This document shows, piece after piece, positions 48,657 to 57,857 of a stretch of DNA of 64,000 bases. The stretch is from Paenibacillus phytohabitans (lineage in GTDB: Bacteria; Bacillota; Bacilli; Paenibacillales; Paenibacillaceae). Under the pieces are notes generated by a model. The model did no database searches. It saw only the letters and a list, made by a program, of their open reading frames with translations, and was not told where the DNA came from. The DNA is taken from assembly GCF_013141775.1 (NCBI RefSeq), contig NZ_WHOB01000082.1:39922-103921 (forward strand), written 5' to 3'. Each line of letters starts with the position of its first letter. Position 1 is the stretch's first letter. A program made the translations under genes and the position numbers.

Positions 48657-51042
48657 TCAGGCGGTGGAATTGCTCCGTATCGAGACGGAGCTTTTTACGC
48701 TATATGTGCAGGGGCGGCCCTATCATCCTACGGTGGAGACGTTGCAGCTTCATCGCTCCCCGCAGCAGGAGTGGGTGAATGCTCAGCTTGGAATTACCTG
48801 CTCGCAACGGCTTGGGGAAGTGCAGATTAAGGTGTTCTCGCCTGAAGCCTATGGGCTGGTAGACTGGCAGCCGGGAGAGTCGTCCTTTCCTTGCTTTTAT
48901 GAGACGCAGCCGTATGAACTGGTGATTCAGAACAAGACAACGGATAACCTAACTTTTTACCATGAAAATGTGCTGCTACGGCAGGCGGTTAAGCCGCTGG
49001 GTGAGTCTATCCTTGCAGGTGTGCTGAACTTTGGGAATGAGGTTGGGCTGACGGAATGGGAAGTTCGTAGTAATGGACAGACCTTGTTGCGGGTGGAGAT
49101 GGAGATTTTCCCCTCAAAGCTGGATTATAAGCTGGATTACCAGAACCTTCTGCATGAGGTGAATGCACAGATCTATAATTTGGCCTTTGATTTTCTGCGC
49201 CGGACCTACCAGCTAACTGGCCTTAAGGAGACGCAGCATCAGAGCCTGACGGAGTTCTTCGCCATCCTACAGCATGTATTCAGACAGCTCTTGGATGCCG
49301 TTGAGCGGATCAACAAGAATCCTAATGTTGCACTGCTCCAGGAACGCCGATTAATGGATGCAGGCCGGGTCAAAAAAGCCGGAAGAGAGAACATTCGCGA
49401 GCTCGCGAAGCATCCTGAACGGTTAAGAGAAGACATGGACCATGGCTTCTTAACGATCGGCAACCGGACCTACACAGCATCGCACTTAATAGAGACACGG
49501 AAGCGCCTTGCCTATGATACAAGTGAGAACCGGTTCATCCGCTGGATGCTGGAACGTATTCACGGGAAGCTGAAGGAGCTTAAAAGCCGCTGGAAAGAGA
49601 ACAGCCGAACCTCAGATTCGCTACTCATCCGAAGAATCGACACATTGCTCACTCAGCTAGAGCGGGTACTTAAGATTGATTTCCTGCGGGAGGCTGGAGC
49701 ACTGAAGCAGATGTCCGTTACGCTGGTGCTGCAGATGGCCCCCGGATACCGGGAGGTCTATCGCTGTTATCTCATGCTGCTCAAAGGCCTGTCGATCCAA
49801 GGCGACTTGCTTCGCCTATCCATGAAGGATGTCGCGCAGCTCTATGAATACTGGTGCTTCCTTAAGCTGAATCAGCTTCTGGGGCAGAAGTATAAGCTAG
49901 TGAAGCAGGATATTATTAAGGTGAACCGGAATGGGATCTTTGTGACGCTGGATCGCTCGCAGAGCGCTCAGATGGTCTATGAGAATCCGCTCAACGGGGA
50001 ACAGTTCATCCTGTACTACAATGCGATTCCTGGAACAGACAGGACCCCGACGCTCAGTCAACGTCCTGACAATGTGCTTACCTTGAAGAAGAAGGATGCG
50101 GGTCAGATCAAGGAGTATAAGTATGTGTTCGATGCGAAGTATCGGTTGAATCCGGCGTATGAGGGGACTTCCTATCAGCAGAAATATAGACAGCCTGGAC
50201 CGGAAGAGGATGATATTAATACGATGCACCGCTACCGGGACGCGATAGTCTATCAGGAGACAGGTTCCGGGGAATACGAGCGAAGCATGTTCGGGGCGTA
50301 TGTGTTATTTCCGTATCCTGATGAGGAGCGGTACAAGACCCACCGTTTCTACAAAAGCATCGGGCTGCTGAACATTGGCGCCTTGCCGTTCCTGCCGAAT
50401 TCTACAAGCCTGGTGGAGCAATTCTTAGCTGAGATTATTCAGGATAGTCCGGAAAAAGCTTACGAACGCTCGACACGTCCGCGCGGCACGAAGGAATACT
50501 ACGTCAATCAGCTTGCGGGCAAAAATGTGCTGGTCGGATCTGTCCGGGGGCCGGAGCAGGTGGCGGTGGCGGTGCGGAAAGCTTTTTATCATATGCCGCT
50601 TAAGAATCTTGCCAGCCAGAAGCTCCTAACCCAGATCGAATACATTGCTATGTGCCAATCTCGAAAGAAGTTCATTGATCCCGCCAAAACAGGCATTCAC
50701 TGGGTAGGGAAGGTAGCGGATTGGAAGGTGCTGCGGCGTAAGGAGATTCAGGAAATCCCTTGTCGGCCGGGTACCGAGGAGGAGCTGTATGTACGCTTCA
50801 CGATTGAGGAATGGAAGAACATAGCCGTTCCTATTACGCTGGGGGGCCAAGGGATCTACACAGTGCTCTATACCAGTAAGTATATCCTGGACCGGGCTTT
50901 GGAGATTGCCGAGCTCCGTCTAGAAACAGAGGAAGCGCTGCGGGAATGGCGGGAGAAGCGTCGCAAGGGCCGGGTGAAGGTAAAGCTGGATCATGAGGAG
51001 TATGTGGATTTGGGTAGGGTTGTGGAGGTTAGGAATATATAG
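48628..51042 (+). CDS. McrC-like PD-(D/E)xK nuclease partner with a long N-terminal extension, possibly DUF2357-type.
   Basis: Overlaps the McrB 3' end by 29 nt. 'PDNVLT...YKYVFDAKYR' D..D-A-K nuclease motif. 804 aa from ATG 48628. Confidence 0.65.
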   Translation: MDSPHTGSLNQAVELLRIETELFTLYVQGRPYHPTVETLQLHRSPQQEWVNAQLGITCSQRLGEVQIKVFSPEAYGLVDWQPGESSFPCFYETQPYELVIQNKTTDNLTFYHENVLLRQAVKPLGESILAGVLNFGNEVGLTEWEVRSNGQTLLRVEMEIFPSKLDYKLDYQNLLHEVNAQIYNLAFDFLRRTYQLTGLKETQHQSLTEFFAILQHVFRQLLDAVERINKNPNVALLQERRLMDAGRVKKAGRENIRELAKHPERLREDMDHGFLTIGNRTYTASHLIETRKRLAYDTSENRFIRWMLERIHGKLKELKSRWKENSRTSDSLLIRRIDTLLTQLERVLKIDFLREAGALKQMSVTLVLQMAPGYREVYRCYLMLLKGLSIQGDLLRLSMKDVAQLYEYWCFLKLNQLLGQKYKLVKQDIIKVNRNGIFVTLDRSQSAQMVYENPLNGEQFILYYNAIPGTDRTPTLSQRPDNVLTLKKKDAGQIKEYKYVFDAKYRLNPAYEGTSYQQKYRQPGPEEDDINTMHRYRDAIVYQETGSGEYERSMFGAYVLFPYPDEERYKTHRFYKSIGLLNIGALPFLPNSTSLVEQFLAEIIQDSPEKAYERSTRPRGTKEYYVNQLAGKNVLVGSVRGPEQVAVAVRKAFYHMPLKNLASQKLLTQIEYIAMCQSRKKFIDPAKTGIHWVGKVADWKVLRRKEIQEIPCRPGTEEELYVRFTIEEWKNIAVPITLGGQGIYTVLYTSKYILDRALEIAELRLETEEALREWREKRRKGRVKVKLDHEEYVDLGRVVEVRNI

Positions 51043-51255
51043 GGGAGTAAAGGATGCGTAATAGTAAGTGAAATAGAAAACGCAGCGGTACAGAGTTTAT
51101 CTGTATCGCTTTTTTTGGTGTATAACGATGAAGATTTAGTGAGATCTATTACAAATATTCCTATTCTAGGTATACTTAATGGCAGAGCTCTTAGGGAGCA
51201 GCCTTGTTTACGAAGCTGGATTACTGTGTGTTCTTAAGCGAACTAGCTTTTTACG

Positions 51256-54246
51256 ATGGAGATCAAATATATATTTCAGGAGTCTGATATGAACAGAGAA
51301 GCAGAAAGTGTTACAAAGTATTTCAGAAGTGCTGTGGCGGCCCAGGCAAATACAGGCTTGGATTTTAAAAACGATACCTTTTTTATTATTGAGCCCTCTC
51401 AATTGTTGGAGGGAAGAATTCATAGTGAGGTGTGCGAGAAGGTCTTTGTTGAAGCTAATAAGGATTCCAATGATGAGGGTTACAAGCCTAAAAAAACATC
51501 TATTAACGTCATTGCTTGTATTAAAACAGTAAAGACAATATATGAAGCAAGTGCCAAAATACAAGATGATATTGACGAGTTGACAGGACTGTTTTTTGTA
51601 CCTGCAAAATTAAACGATAACGGCTACCTTTCATTCGACTCTGATAATAAAAAGCTGCCATGGTTCCCCAGAGAGTACTTGCAACCGATGATAGAACCTA
51701 AATTAGCTATCGGTAGTGCAAGTAATGTTGATTCTTATATAAGTGACCATGTTGATCAAGTACAGTTGATTAAAACATGGGACGATTATCTCTCGTTTGT
51801 TATAGAGTTTTATGAAAAGATAACGAGTAGTAAATTTGAAGATAGCAGCATTACTAATGAAGAAGAGCATACTCAGATTGAACTGGAAAAGAATATGTAT
51901 CTTTTTATTGATAGCACAGTTAATGCTACATTCAATATTATGAGGCTGTATAATCACATCCTTGAAGATTCACAGGCTAAGCCCCTATATGATACCTTCA
52001 TTTCAACATCAGAAGCGATCTCGGAGCCATTGATTCCTAATTCACTGTCTAATATGTATTTGCATGCTGGACAAATGGGTGGAGAGTACCCACTATCTCC
52101 TTCTCAAAGAGAAGCCATTAATCATTACAATAATATGAATAACGGTGAAGTGCTGGCTGTCAACGGGCCCCCGGGAACCGGGAAAACCACGCTCTTACAA
52201 TCTATAGTTGCTGATACATATGTGAAAAGAGCAATTTCAGAAGACAAGCCGCCTCTGATTGTAGCAACATCAACCAATAATCAAGCTGTTACGAATATTA
52301 TTGCCTCCTTTGGCAATATTAAAAAAATGTTTGATTCGAGTCTTGAAGAACGTTGGGTAGAAGGTGTTCATAGCTTTGCTACTTATTTCCCTTCTGGAAT
52401 GAAAGTGAAGGAGGCGGCACAAGGCTATCAAATCACCAATAATAAAGGCGAATACTTTTTATCAGATATCGAGACGGAAACGAATATTAATAATTCCAAA
52501 GCTAAAATAATAGATCAATGCGGGAAACATTTTAGTAAAGAATTCAATACAGTGGGGGAGTGCCGCATTGCTCTTCACCAAGAGTTATTGTTCTTGGAGG
52601 AAAAGAAAAAAAATCTACTTGCCCTATGTGAGGAATCTAAACAATTCCATAATCCTGATTTCCCCATAAATCTGCAGTTAGATAAGCTTAAGGAAAAGAT
52701 AGATGGTTTCGAAGAGCAAATTCATAGATATCAAGATAGAGTATCTGGGTGGGAAGCGACATATAGCAAAGTACCTTACTTGGTTAGACTTTTCTCGAAA
52801 ATAATTAGAAAAAATCTCAAAAGAATTCAAACGGAATTCAGGCTATTTATTTCCACGGATGAGCTTACGATTCTTAATGAATACATGACTGTTGAAGACA
52901 TCAAGGAAATATACAGTCTCAAAATTTCTGAACTCCGGAGTTCATCTGTATCCTTACAAAAAGATGCACAATTCATTGAGGACTGGATTAAGAGTTATGA
53001 CGAACAATTGAAAATACTGAGAGAGCACGGGGTCACCCTCCATGATCACGAATCTGATATGTATAAGATTTCGATGGATACAATCAATGAACTAATTGAT
53101 AAGAAAATTCGTTACCATGAGTTTTGGTTAGCGGTTCATTACTTCGAATGTAGGTGGGCAAGCGGCGAAGATGAACTGAGTGACAAGCAAAAAGGCAGAA
53201 ATTATGAAAATGTACTTGTTAAATTGTATAACAGACTCTCTTTGATTACTCCTTGCTTAGTAATGACTTTCCACACGCTTCCCAAGCAATTCTTGGCATA
53301 TACAGGTCAGAAGAATACTTTTCTCTACAACTTTATTGATTTGTTAATTGTAGATGAAGCTGGACAAGTATCACCGGAACTTGCCGCTGGCGCATTCGCA
53401 CTCGCAAAGAAAGCGGTTGTCGTTGGGGATGTTTATCAGATTGAACCTGTATGGAGTGTTAACAAGTCGTTGGATAATACATTGGCTCTGACTAGCGGGT
53501 TAATCCAATCAGCTGACGAATACAGTAATTTAGAAGAGCTTGGTTTGACCAGCTTCGGATCAAGTGTAATGAAGGTTGCCTCAAAAAGCTGTAAATATGA
53601 AAAATATGATGAGAAGGGTTTGTTTCTATCCGAACATCGGCGTTGTTATGATGAAATCATAGATTATTGCAATAAGCTGGTGTATAGAGGAAACCTCATT
53701 CCTATGAGAGGAAGAGGAGCTAACCGTAAGAATCGTCTGCAAGCTTGGCCGCAAATGGGATTTCATCAAATTGAAAGCGATAAATCAAAGAAACAAGGAG
53801 CCAGTAGGTATAACCATACGGAGGCAGCTGAAATCGCTGAATGGGTGCATCAACATTTTGATACAATCCGTAGTGCATACCCGGAAGATGCGGAGAATAA
53901 TCTGATTGGAATAATAACGCCGTTTAAATCTCAAGTAGGATATATAAAAGCAGCATTAAAGAGAAAAATGCCTCAATTATGGAAAAAAATAAGTGTGGGC
54001 ACTGTGCATGCATTTCAGGGGGCTGAACGGAATATAATCATACTCTCAACAGTATATGGTGTGAATGATGGATGCTATTTTATTGATGCTAATAAGAGCC
54101 TCATGAACGTAGCCGTATCGCGGGCCAAAGATCATTTCTTTGTATTTGGGGATACTCGTTGCTTGAAAAATAACCAAAGTAGCGCTAGCGGACTGCTTAA
54201 ATCGGTTATGCAGGGAACAGTGAACGCTAAGGAAGTGAAAATATAA
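51256..54246 (+). CDS. Upf1-like SF1 helicase (AAA_11/AAA_12) with a ~300-aa N-terminal domain of unknown function. Alternative start at ATG 51289.
   Basis: Walker A 'VNGPPGTGKTTLLQ', Walker B 'LLIVDEAGQ', motif V/VI 'GTVHAFQGAERNIIIL', 'AVSRAK'. Large coiled insertion inside the RecA1 domain. Confidence 0.7.
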   Translation: MEIKYIFQESDMNREAESVTKYFRSAVAAQANTGLDFKNDTFFIIEPSQLLEGRIHSEVCEKVFVEANKDSNDEGYKPKKTSINVIACIKTVKTIYEASAKIQDDIDELTGLFFVPAKLNDNGYLSFDSDNKKLPWFPREYLQPMIEPKLAIGSASNVDSYISDHVDQVQLIKTWDDYLSFVIEFYEKITSSKFEDSSITNEEEHTQIELEKNMYLFIDSTVNATFNIMRLYNHILEDSQAKPLYDTFISTSEAISEPLIPNSLSNMYLHAGQMGGEYPLSPSQREAINHYNNMNNGEVLAVNGPPGTGKTTLLQSIVADTYVKRAISEDKPPLIVATSTNNQAVTNIIASFGNIKKMFDSSLEERWVEGVHSFATYFPSGMKVKEAAQGYQITNNKGEYFLSDIETETNINNSKAKIIDQCGKHFSKEFNTVGECRIALHQELLFLEEKKKNLLALCEESKQFHNPDFPINLQLDKLKEKIDGFEEQIHRYQDRVSGWEATYSKVPYLVRLFSKIIRKNLKRIQTEFRLFISTDELTILNEYMTVEDIKEIYSLKISELRSSSVSLQKDAQFIEDWIKSYDEQLKILREHGVTLHDHESDMYKISMDTINELIDKKIRYHEFWLAVHYFECRWASGEDELSDKQKGRNYENVLVKLYNRLSLITPCLVMTFHTLPKQFLAYTGQKNTFLYNFIDLLIVDEAGQVSPELAAGAFALAKKAVVVGDVYQIEPVWSVNKSLDNTLALTSGLIQSADEYSNLEELGLTSFGSSVMKVASKSCKYEKYDEKGLFLSEHRRCYDEIIDYCNKLVYRGNLIPMRGRGANRKNRLQAWPQMGFHQIESDKSKKQGASRYNHTEAAEIAEWVHQHFDTIRSAYPEDAENNLIGIITPFKSQVGYIKAALKRKMPQLWKKISVGTVHAFQGAERNIIILSTVYGVNDGCYFIDANKSLMNVAVSRAKDHFFVFGDTRCLKNNQSSASGLLKSVMQGTVNAKEVKI

Positions 54247-54277
54247 AATTCTACAACTGGAAATAAACTGAATCCCC

Positions 54278-54330
54278 AAAAAAAGCTCAAGCGCAGGCTT
54301 CCCATCCCTGCCTTTGAGCTTTTTTCTATG
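54278..54330. terminator. Bidirectional-looking terminator AAAAAAGCTCAAG...CTTTGAGCTTTTTT.
   Basis: 11-bp outer stem with A-run and T-run on either side. Confidence 0.6.
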
Positions 54331-54894
54331 CAGTTCAAGACTCCCCTCTGGAAATTTATTCTTCCGTCGTAATACTTTCGCCATGTTCGTTCGGGGGGAT
54401 ATCAGCGATGATAGAACCTGTAAGATGATAACGCCGAGCGCGTTCATCCTACATCCGGTTCTTATCCGGGCGGGCGTAACGAGGCGGGGATCTCAGGTGA
54501 TCCCGCAGTGCCGGCATGTATGTTACGGTATCCTGTACGGTCCGTTTCGGTAAGAGTCCCTAATCGCCTTCTAAGCGACGTTGGTACAGTACTCGATTTC
54601 CATCGAGCGACAATTGAAGCGCAATCTGAGTAAGGAAACCAATGGACAGAATCTCTGGCGGCTAGTAGAGCGCACTGCGGAAGGGCTTTGCAATCCGTGG
54701 ATACCGATGGTGCGGCAACTGGGGAGGCTGTGGCAAGGATTGAAGGGAACGAAGGCCGGCTGAAGTAGGGTTAGCCTCGGACCTCAAGTAGTCCTCCCGG
54801 ACCTCCCGGCAGGGCCGCCTGTCTCAAACGTGATTCCGCCTGAGCTGCAGCGGGATTCTGTCAGCCATTGGTCAAACATGAAGGAGGCATACAT

Positions 54895-55998
54895 ATGTTG
54901 AAGCAAATAACGATTCAAGCGGACCAGCGCGGTCTGCTCTTTCATAAGGGAAGTTATGTGAAGCGGCTGCTGCCGGGAACCTACCGTTACTTATCATGGT
55001 CGCAGCATACAGTGGCAGTACTGAATATTGCCAAACCGTTTGGTGTCGAGGGCAAAGACCTGCAGCTGTTCCTACAGGATGATGAACTCCTCCGGGAGCT
55101 CGATGTCGTACGCGTACAGGATCATGAGATTGTTCTGCACTATGAGGATGGCCAATTCATGCAGCTGCTGAAGCCGGGTGTGTATGCTTATTGGAACCTC
55201 CTGAGAAAGCACACCTTCGTACATACGGATATAGGGCAGCCGGAGCTGCCTGCCGGGATCGACCGCTCGATTATCTCGAAGCTTACTCCGTATGTGCAGT
55301 GCTGCGAAATCGCGAGCTACGAGCAGGGATTCCTGTTCTATGATCATACGCTCAAGCGGGAGCTTACGCCTGGTAAGTATTATTTCTGGAAGGGTCCGGT
55401 CTCGGTGCTGACGAAGACGGTCGATCTAAGACAACAGCAGATGGATCTGGTTGGCCAGGAAATGATGACAGAAGATAAGGTCTCGCTGCGTCTGAACTTC
55501 GTATGCCAGTACACCATCGTAAGTCCGCACCGCGTTCTGGAGATGAAGGCTTTTGACGAGCAGATACACATCCAGCTACAGCTCCTGCTCCGGGAATATG
55601 TCGGGACGCTGAAATTGGACGATCTCCTGAAACGAAAAGAGGATGTTGCCACATTCATTCTGTCCCGTATCCAGGAGAAGGAAGAGGCGTTCGGGGTGCG
55701 TTTCCTCGGGGCGGGGGTGAAGGATGTAATTCTGCCGGGGGAAATGAAAGACATCCTAAACACCGTGCTGCTCGCAGAGAAGAAGGCGCAGGCGAACCTG
55801 CTTACCCGCCGGGAAGAGACGGCTTCCACGCGCAGCCTGTTGAATACAGCGAAGCTGATGGATGAGAATCAGACACTGTTCCGTCTGAAGGAGCTGGAAT
55901 TCCTCGAGAAAATATGCGACAAAATCGGCTCTATCTCTGTAACCGGCGGTGGAGACCTCCTGGAGCGGTTAAGCTCGCTTATCGGCAGTAATAAGTAG
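54895..55998 (+). CDS. SPFH/band-7 (stomatin/prohibitin-like) domain protein with a ~180-aa N-terminal soluble region and no TM helix.
   Basis: AAGGAGG RBS. C-terminal half has the SPFH pattern and a coiled-coil tail ('VKDVILPGEMKDILNTVLLAEKKAQANL'). N-terminal half unassigned. Confidence 0.55.
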   Translation: MLKQITIQADQRGLLFHKGSYVKRLLPGTYRYLSWSQHTVAVLNIAKPFGVEGKDLQLFLQDDELLRELDVVRVQDHEIVLHYEDGQFMQLLKPGVYAYWNLLRKHTFVHTDIGQPELPAGIDRSIISKLTPYVQCCEIASYEQGFLFYDHTLKRELTPGKYYFWKGPVSVLTKTVDLRQQQMDLVGQEMMTEDKVSLRLNFVCQYTIVSPHRVLEMKAFDEQIHIQLQLLLREYVGTLKLDDLLKRKEDVATFILSRIQEKEEAFGVRFLGAGVKDVILPGEMKDILNTVLLAEKKAQANLLTRREETASTRSLLNTAKLMDENQTLFRLKELEFLEKICDKIGSISVTGGGDLLERLSSLIGSNK

Positions 55999-56134
55999 AT
56001 CGCCTCCTGGCGGTCTATTTTAGTGCGGATAGATAGAATTAAGCTTAGTCAAAGTTCCGGAAAACAGGTAATTACATAGAAGCTATAGAACTAAGCTATA
56101 GAGCGGATTAAGCCAAACCCGAGGAAGTGACTCC

Positions 56135-56929
56135 ATGGACAACAAAGCAAAGAAAATCCTCATGAACACCTTCTGGACCTCCGCTGGCTGGAAAAGCAGC
56201 CCTGCTGCCTTCACCGGTGAGGATTTCGACTATGCCAAAAGCAAAGGCCTGATGTTCGATCCTGTGACAATTACTCATGACGAGATTGTCTTGCGGCTGC
56301 ATGAGCTGCATGGGGCGATTACCAAGGAGCGGGCAGCGGCCGCGTTCCTGCACAGTCTGTCGACGAAGAAGGTCTATTTGCGGAGCGCCCTGTCAAGCTG
56401 GGTTCTGACTTCCGCGCTACCAGTACATACTTATGAGCAGCGGAGTGTTGTCCGGCCCAATTATAGCAGCTGCGGGGATTGTAACTTTTACAGATTAATG
56501 TCAGACCGGGAATATATAAATAATGATCTGAATGTGCTGAATTTCGAACGGGTCAAATGGGGCGGTATTCGTCTGAACTGGCTTTTATACTGCTGGATGG
56601 ACCTTGAATTATTAAGTAAAGAAGAAGAGTTCGAGGTTACCACCGAGGATACTGCCATACTCTCCGGGATGCTCGAAGCGATACGGGATTGTGCGGACCA
56701 TGAGAGTGCGCGGATGCTGGAGAAGCGGTGGAAGGACGTAATTCCCTCCAGTAAGAATGAACGGGATGTGTTGATGGAGGTCTGGGGCTATGCCGGATTG
56801 CTGGTACCGCGGGACACACCCCGGAAGCGCAAAGGCGGGAGTCATGATTTTAACTCTATGGCGGAGTGGCAGGGAGAAGACGGCTATTCTCAGGAGGCGG
56901 TAGAGTTGTATTTCGGCGCGTTTTTGTAG
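56135..56929 (+). CDS. Hypothetical protein (264 aa) immediately upstream of the NADAR gene.
   Basis: ORF with GAGGAAG RBS. No motif recognised. Confidence 0.45.
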   Translation: MDNKAKKILMNTFWTSAGWKSSPAAFTGEDFDYAKSKGLMFDPVTITHDEIVLRLHELHGAITKERAAAAFLHSLSTKKVYLRSALSSWVLTSALPVHTYEQRSVVRPNYSSCGDCNFYRLMSDREYINNDLNVLNFERVKWGGIRLNWLLYCWMDLELLSKEEEFEVTTEDTAILSGMLEAIRDCADHESARMLEKRWKDVIPSSKNERDVLMEVWGYAGLLVPRDTPRKRKGGSHDFNSMAEWQGEDGYSQEAVELYFGAFL

Positions 56930-56986
56930 ATTTACTATGAACTTGAATGACGGTTAGATAATATAGGACAAGGAGGCACGCTCATT

Positions 56987-57730
56987 ATGAACACCCCGGA
57001 ACACATCCAGAAGATACTTGAAGACAACAGAAGAAAGCTGCTGGCTCTCAATCCCGAAGAACGCTTTATACGCTTCTATGAAACAGATAAGCCTTACGGT
57101 TGTTTCTCTAATTTTGCCAAGTACCCCATTGTGTTAAAAGGCAAGGCGTGGGCAACCACGGAACATTATTTTCAGGCGCAGAAGTTCACAGGCACTGAGC
57201 ATGAGGAAGAGGTCCGGCTCGCCGGAACGCCGATGGAGACAGCACGGTTGGGGCGGGACCGGAGTAAGCCGCTTCGTTCCGATTGGGAAGAATGCAAGGT
57301 TGAGGTCATGAGAGAAGCGCTGATGGCTAAGGTTGAGCAGCATCCCGCTATAAAGTCCATCCTGTTGTCGACGGGCGATTGTACCTTAGTTGAACATACG
57401 GCCAATGATGCCTACTGGGGAGACGGCGGTAACGGCCAAGGCGGCAATATGCTGGGCAAGCTGCTGATGGAGATTCGGAACGGATTAGATGAATATGTGC
57501 CGGAATTCTTGCTGCCGCAATGGCTGGTGTATCCTGAAATTGAGCCGTTCAGCATTGGCTGGAGAATGGGGTATGGTGAAGATTACTTGATTCATTTACG
57601 GGAATGGAGAGAGCAGCAGTCGCCGGAGGCGCTGAAGGAGTACGATGCGTACTTCACTCCGCCGGAGGAGTGGGCTGAGGCTAAAAGAATCCAAGAGGAA
57701 TATAGGAAAAAGAATAAGGATCAGGACTGA
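56987..57730 (+). CDS. NADAR (YbiA/DUF1768) family ADP-ribose-processing hydrolase with a ~70-aa C-terminal extension.
   Basis: 'YGCFSNFAKYPI', 'TTEHYFQAQKF', 'NDAYWGDGGNGQGGNMLGKLLMEIR'. AAGGAGG RBS. Confidence 0.8.
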   Translation: MNTPEHIQKILEDNRRKLLALNPEERFIRFYETDKPYGCFSNFAKYPIVLKGKAWATTEHYFQAQKFTGTEHEEEVRLAGTPMETARLGRDRSKPLRSDWEECKVEVMREALMAKVEQHPAIKSILLSTGDCTLVEHTANDAYWGDGGNGQGGNMLGKLLMEIRNGLDEYVPEFLLPQWLVYPEIEPFSIGWRMGYGEDYLIHLREWREQQSPEALKEYDAYFTPPEEWAEAKRIQEEYRKKNKDQD

Positions 57731-57757
57731 ACCCCGTAGACAATCCATTACTTCATG

Positions 57758-57790
57758 CCGCCACCCTTCGTGGCGGTTTTCTTGTTTATT
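57758..57790 (+). terminator. Rho-independent terminator after the NADAR gene.
   Basis: GCCGCCAC-cctt-cGTGGCGG followed by TTTTCTTGTTTATT. Confidence 0.7.
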
Positions 57791-57857
57791 CTACGTTTAG
57801 CGCTGTCGTGTAGAATAAATTGATGTAGAAAAAATGAAAATAATGGAGGAAAAGGCA

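Noticed and set aside
54314-54763. Two small ORFs (79 and 60 aa) in the GC-rich spacer
   Set aside because: No RBS and no recognisable motif. Treated as part of an unexplained noncoding or pseudogene segment instead.
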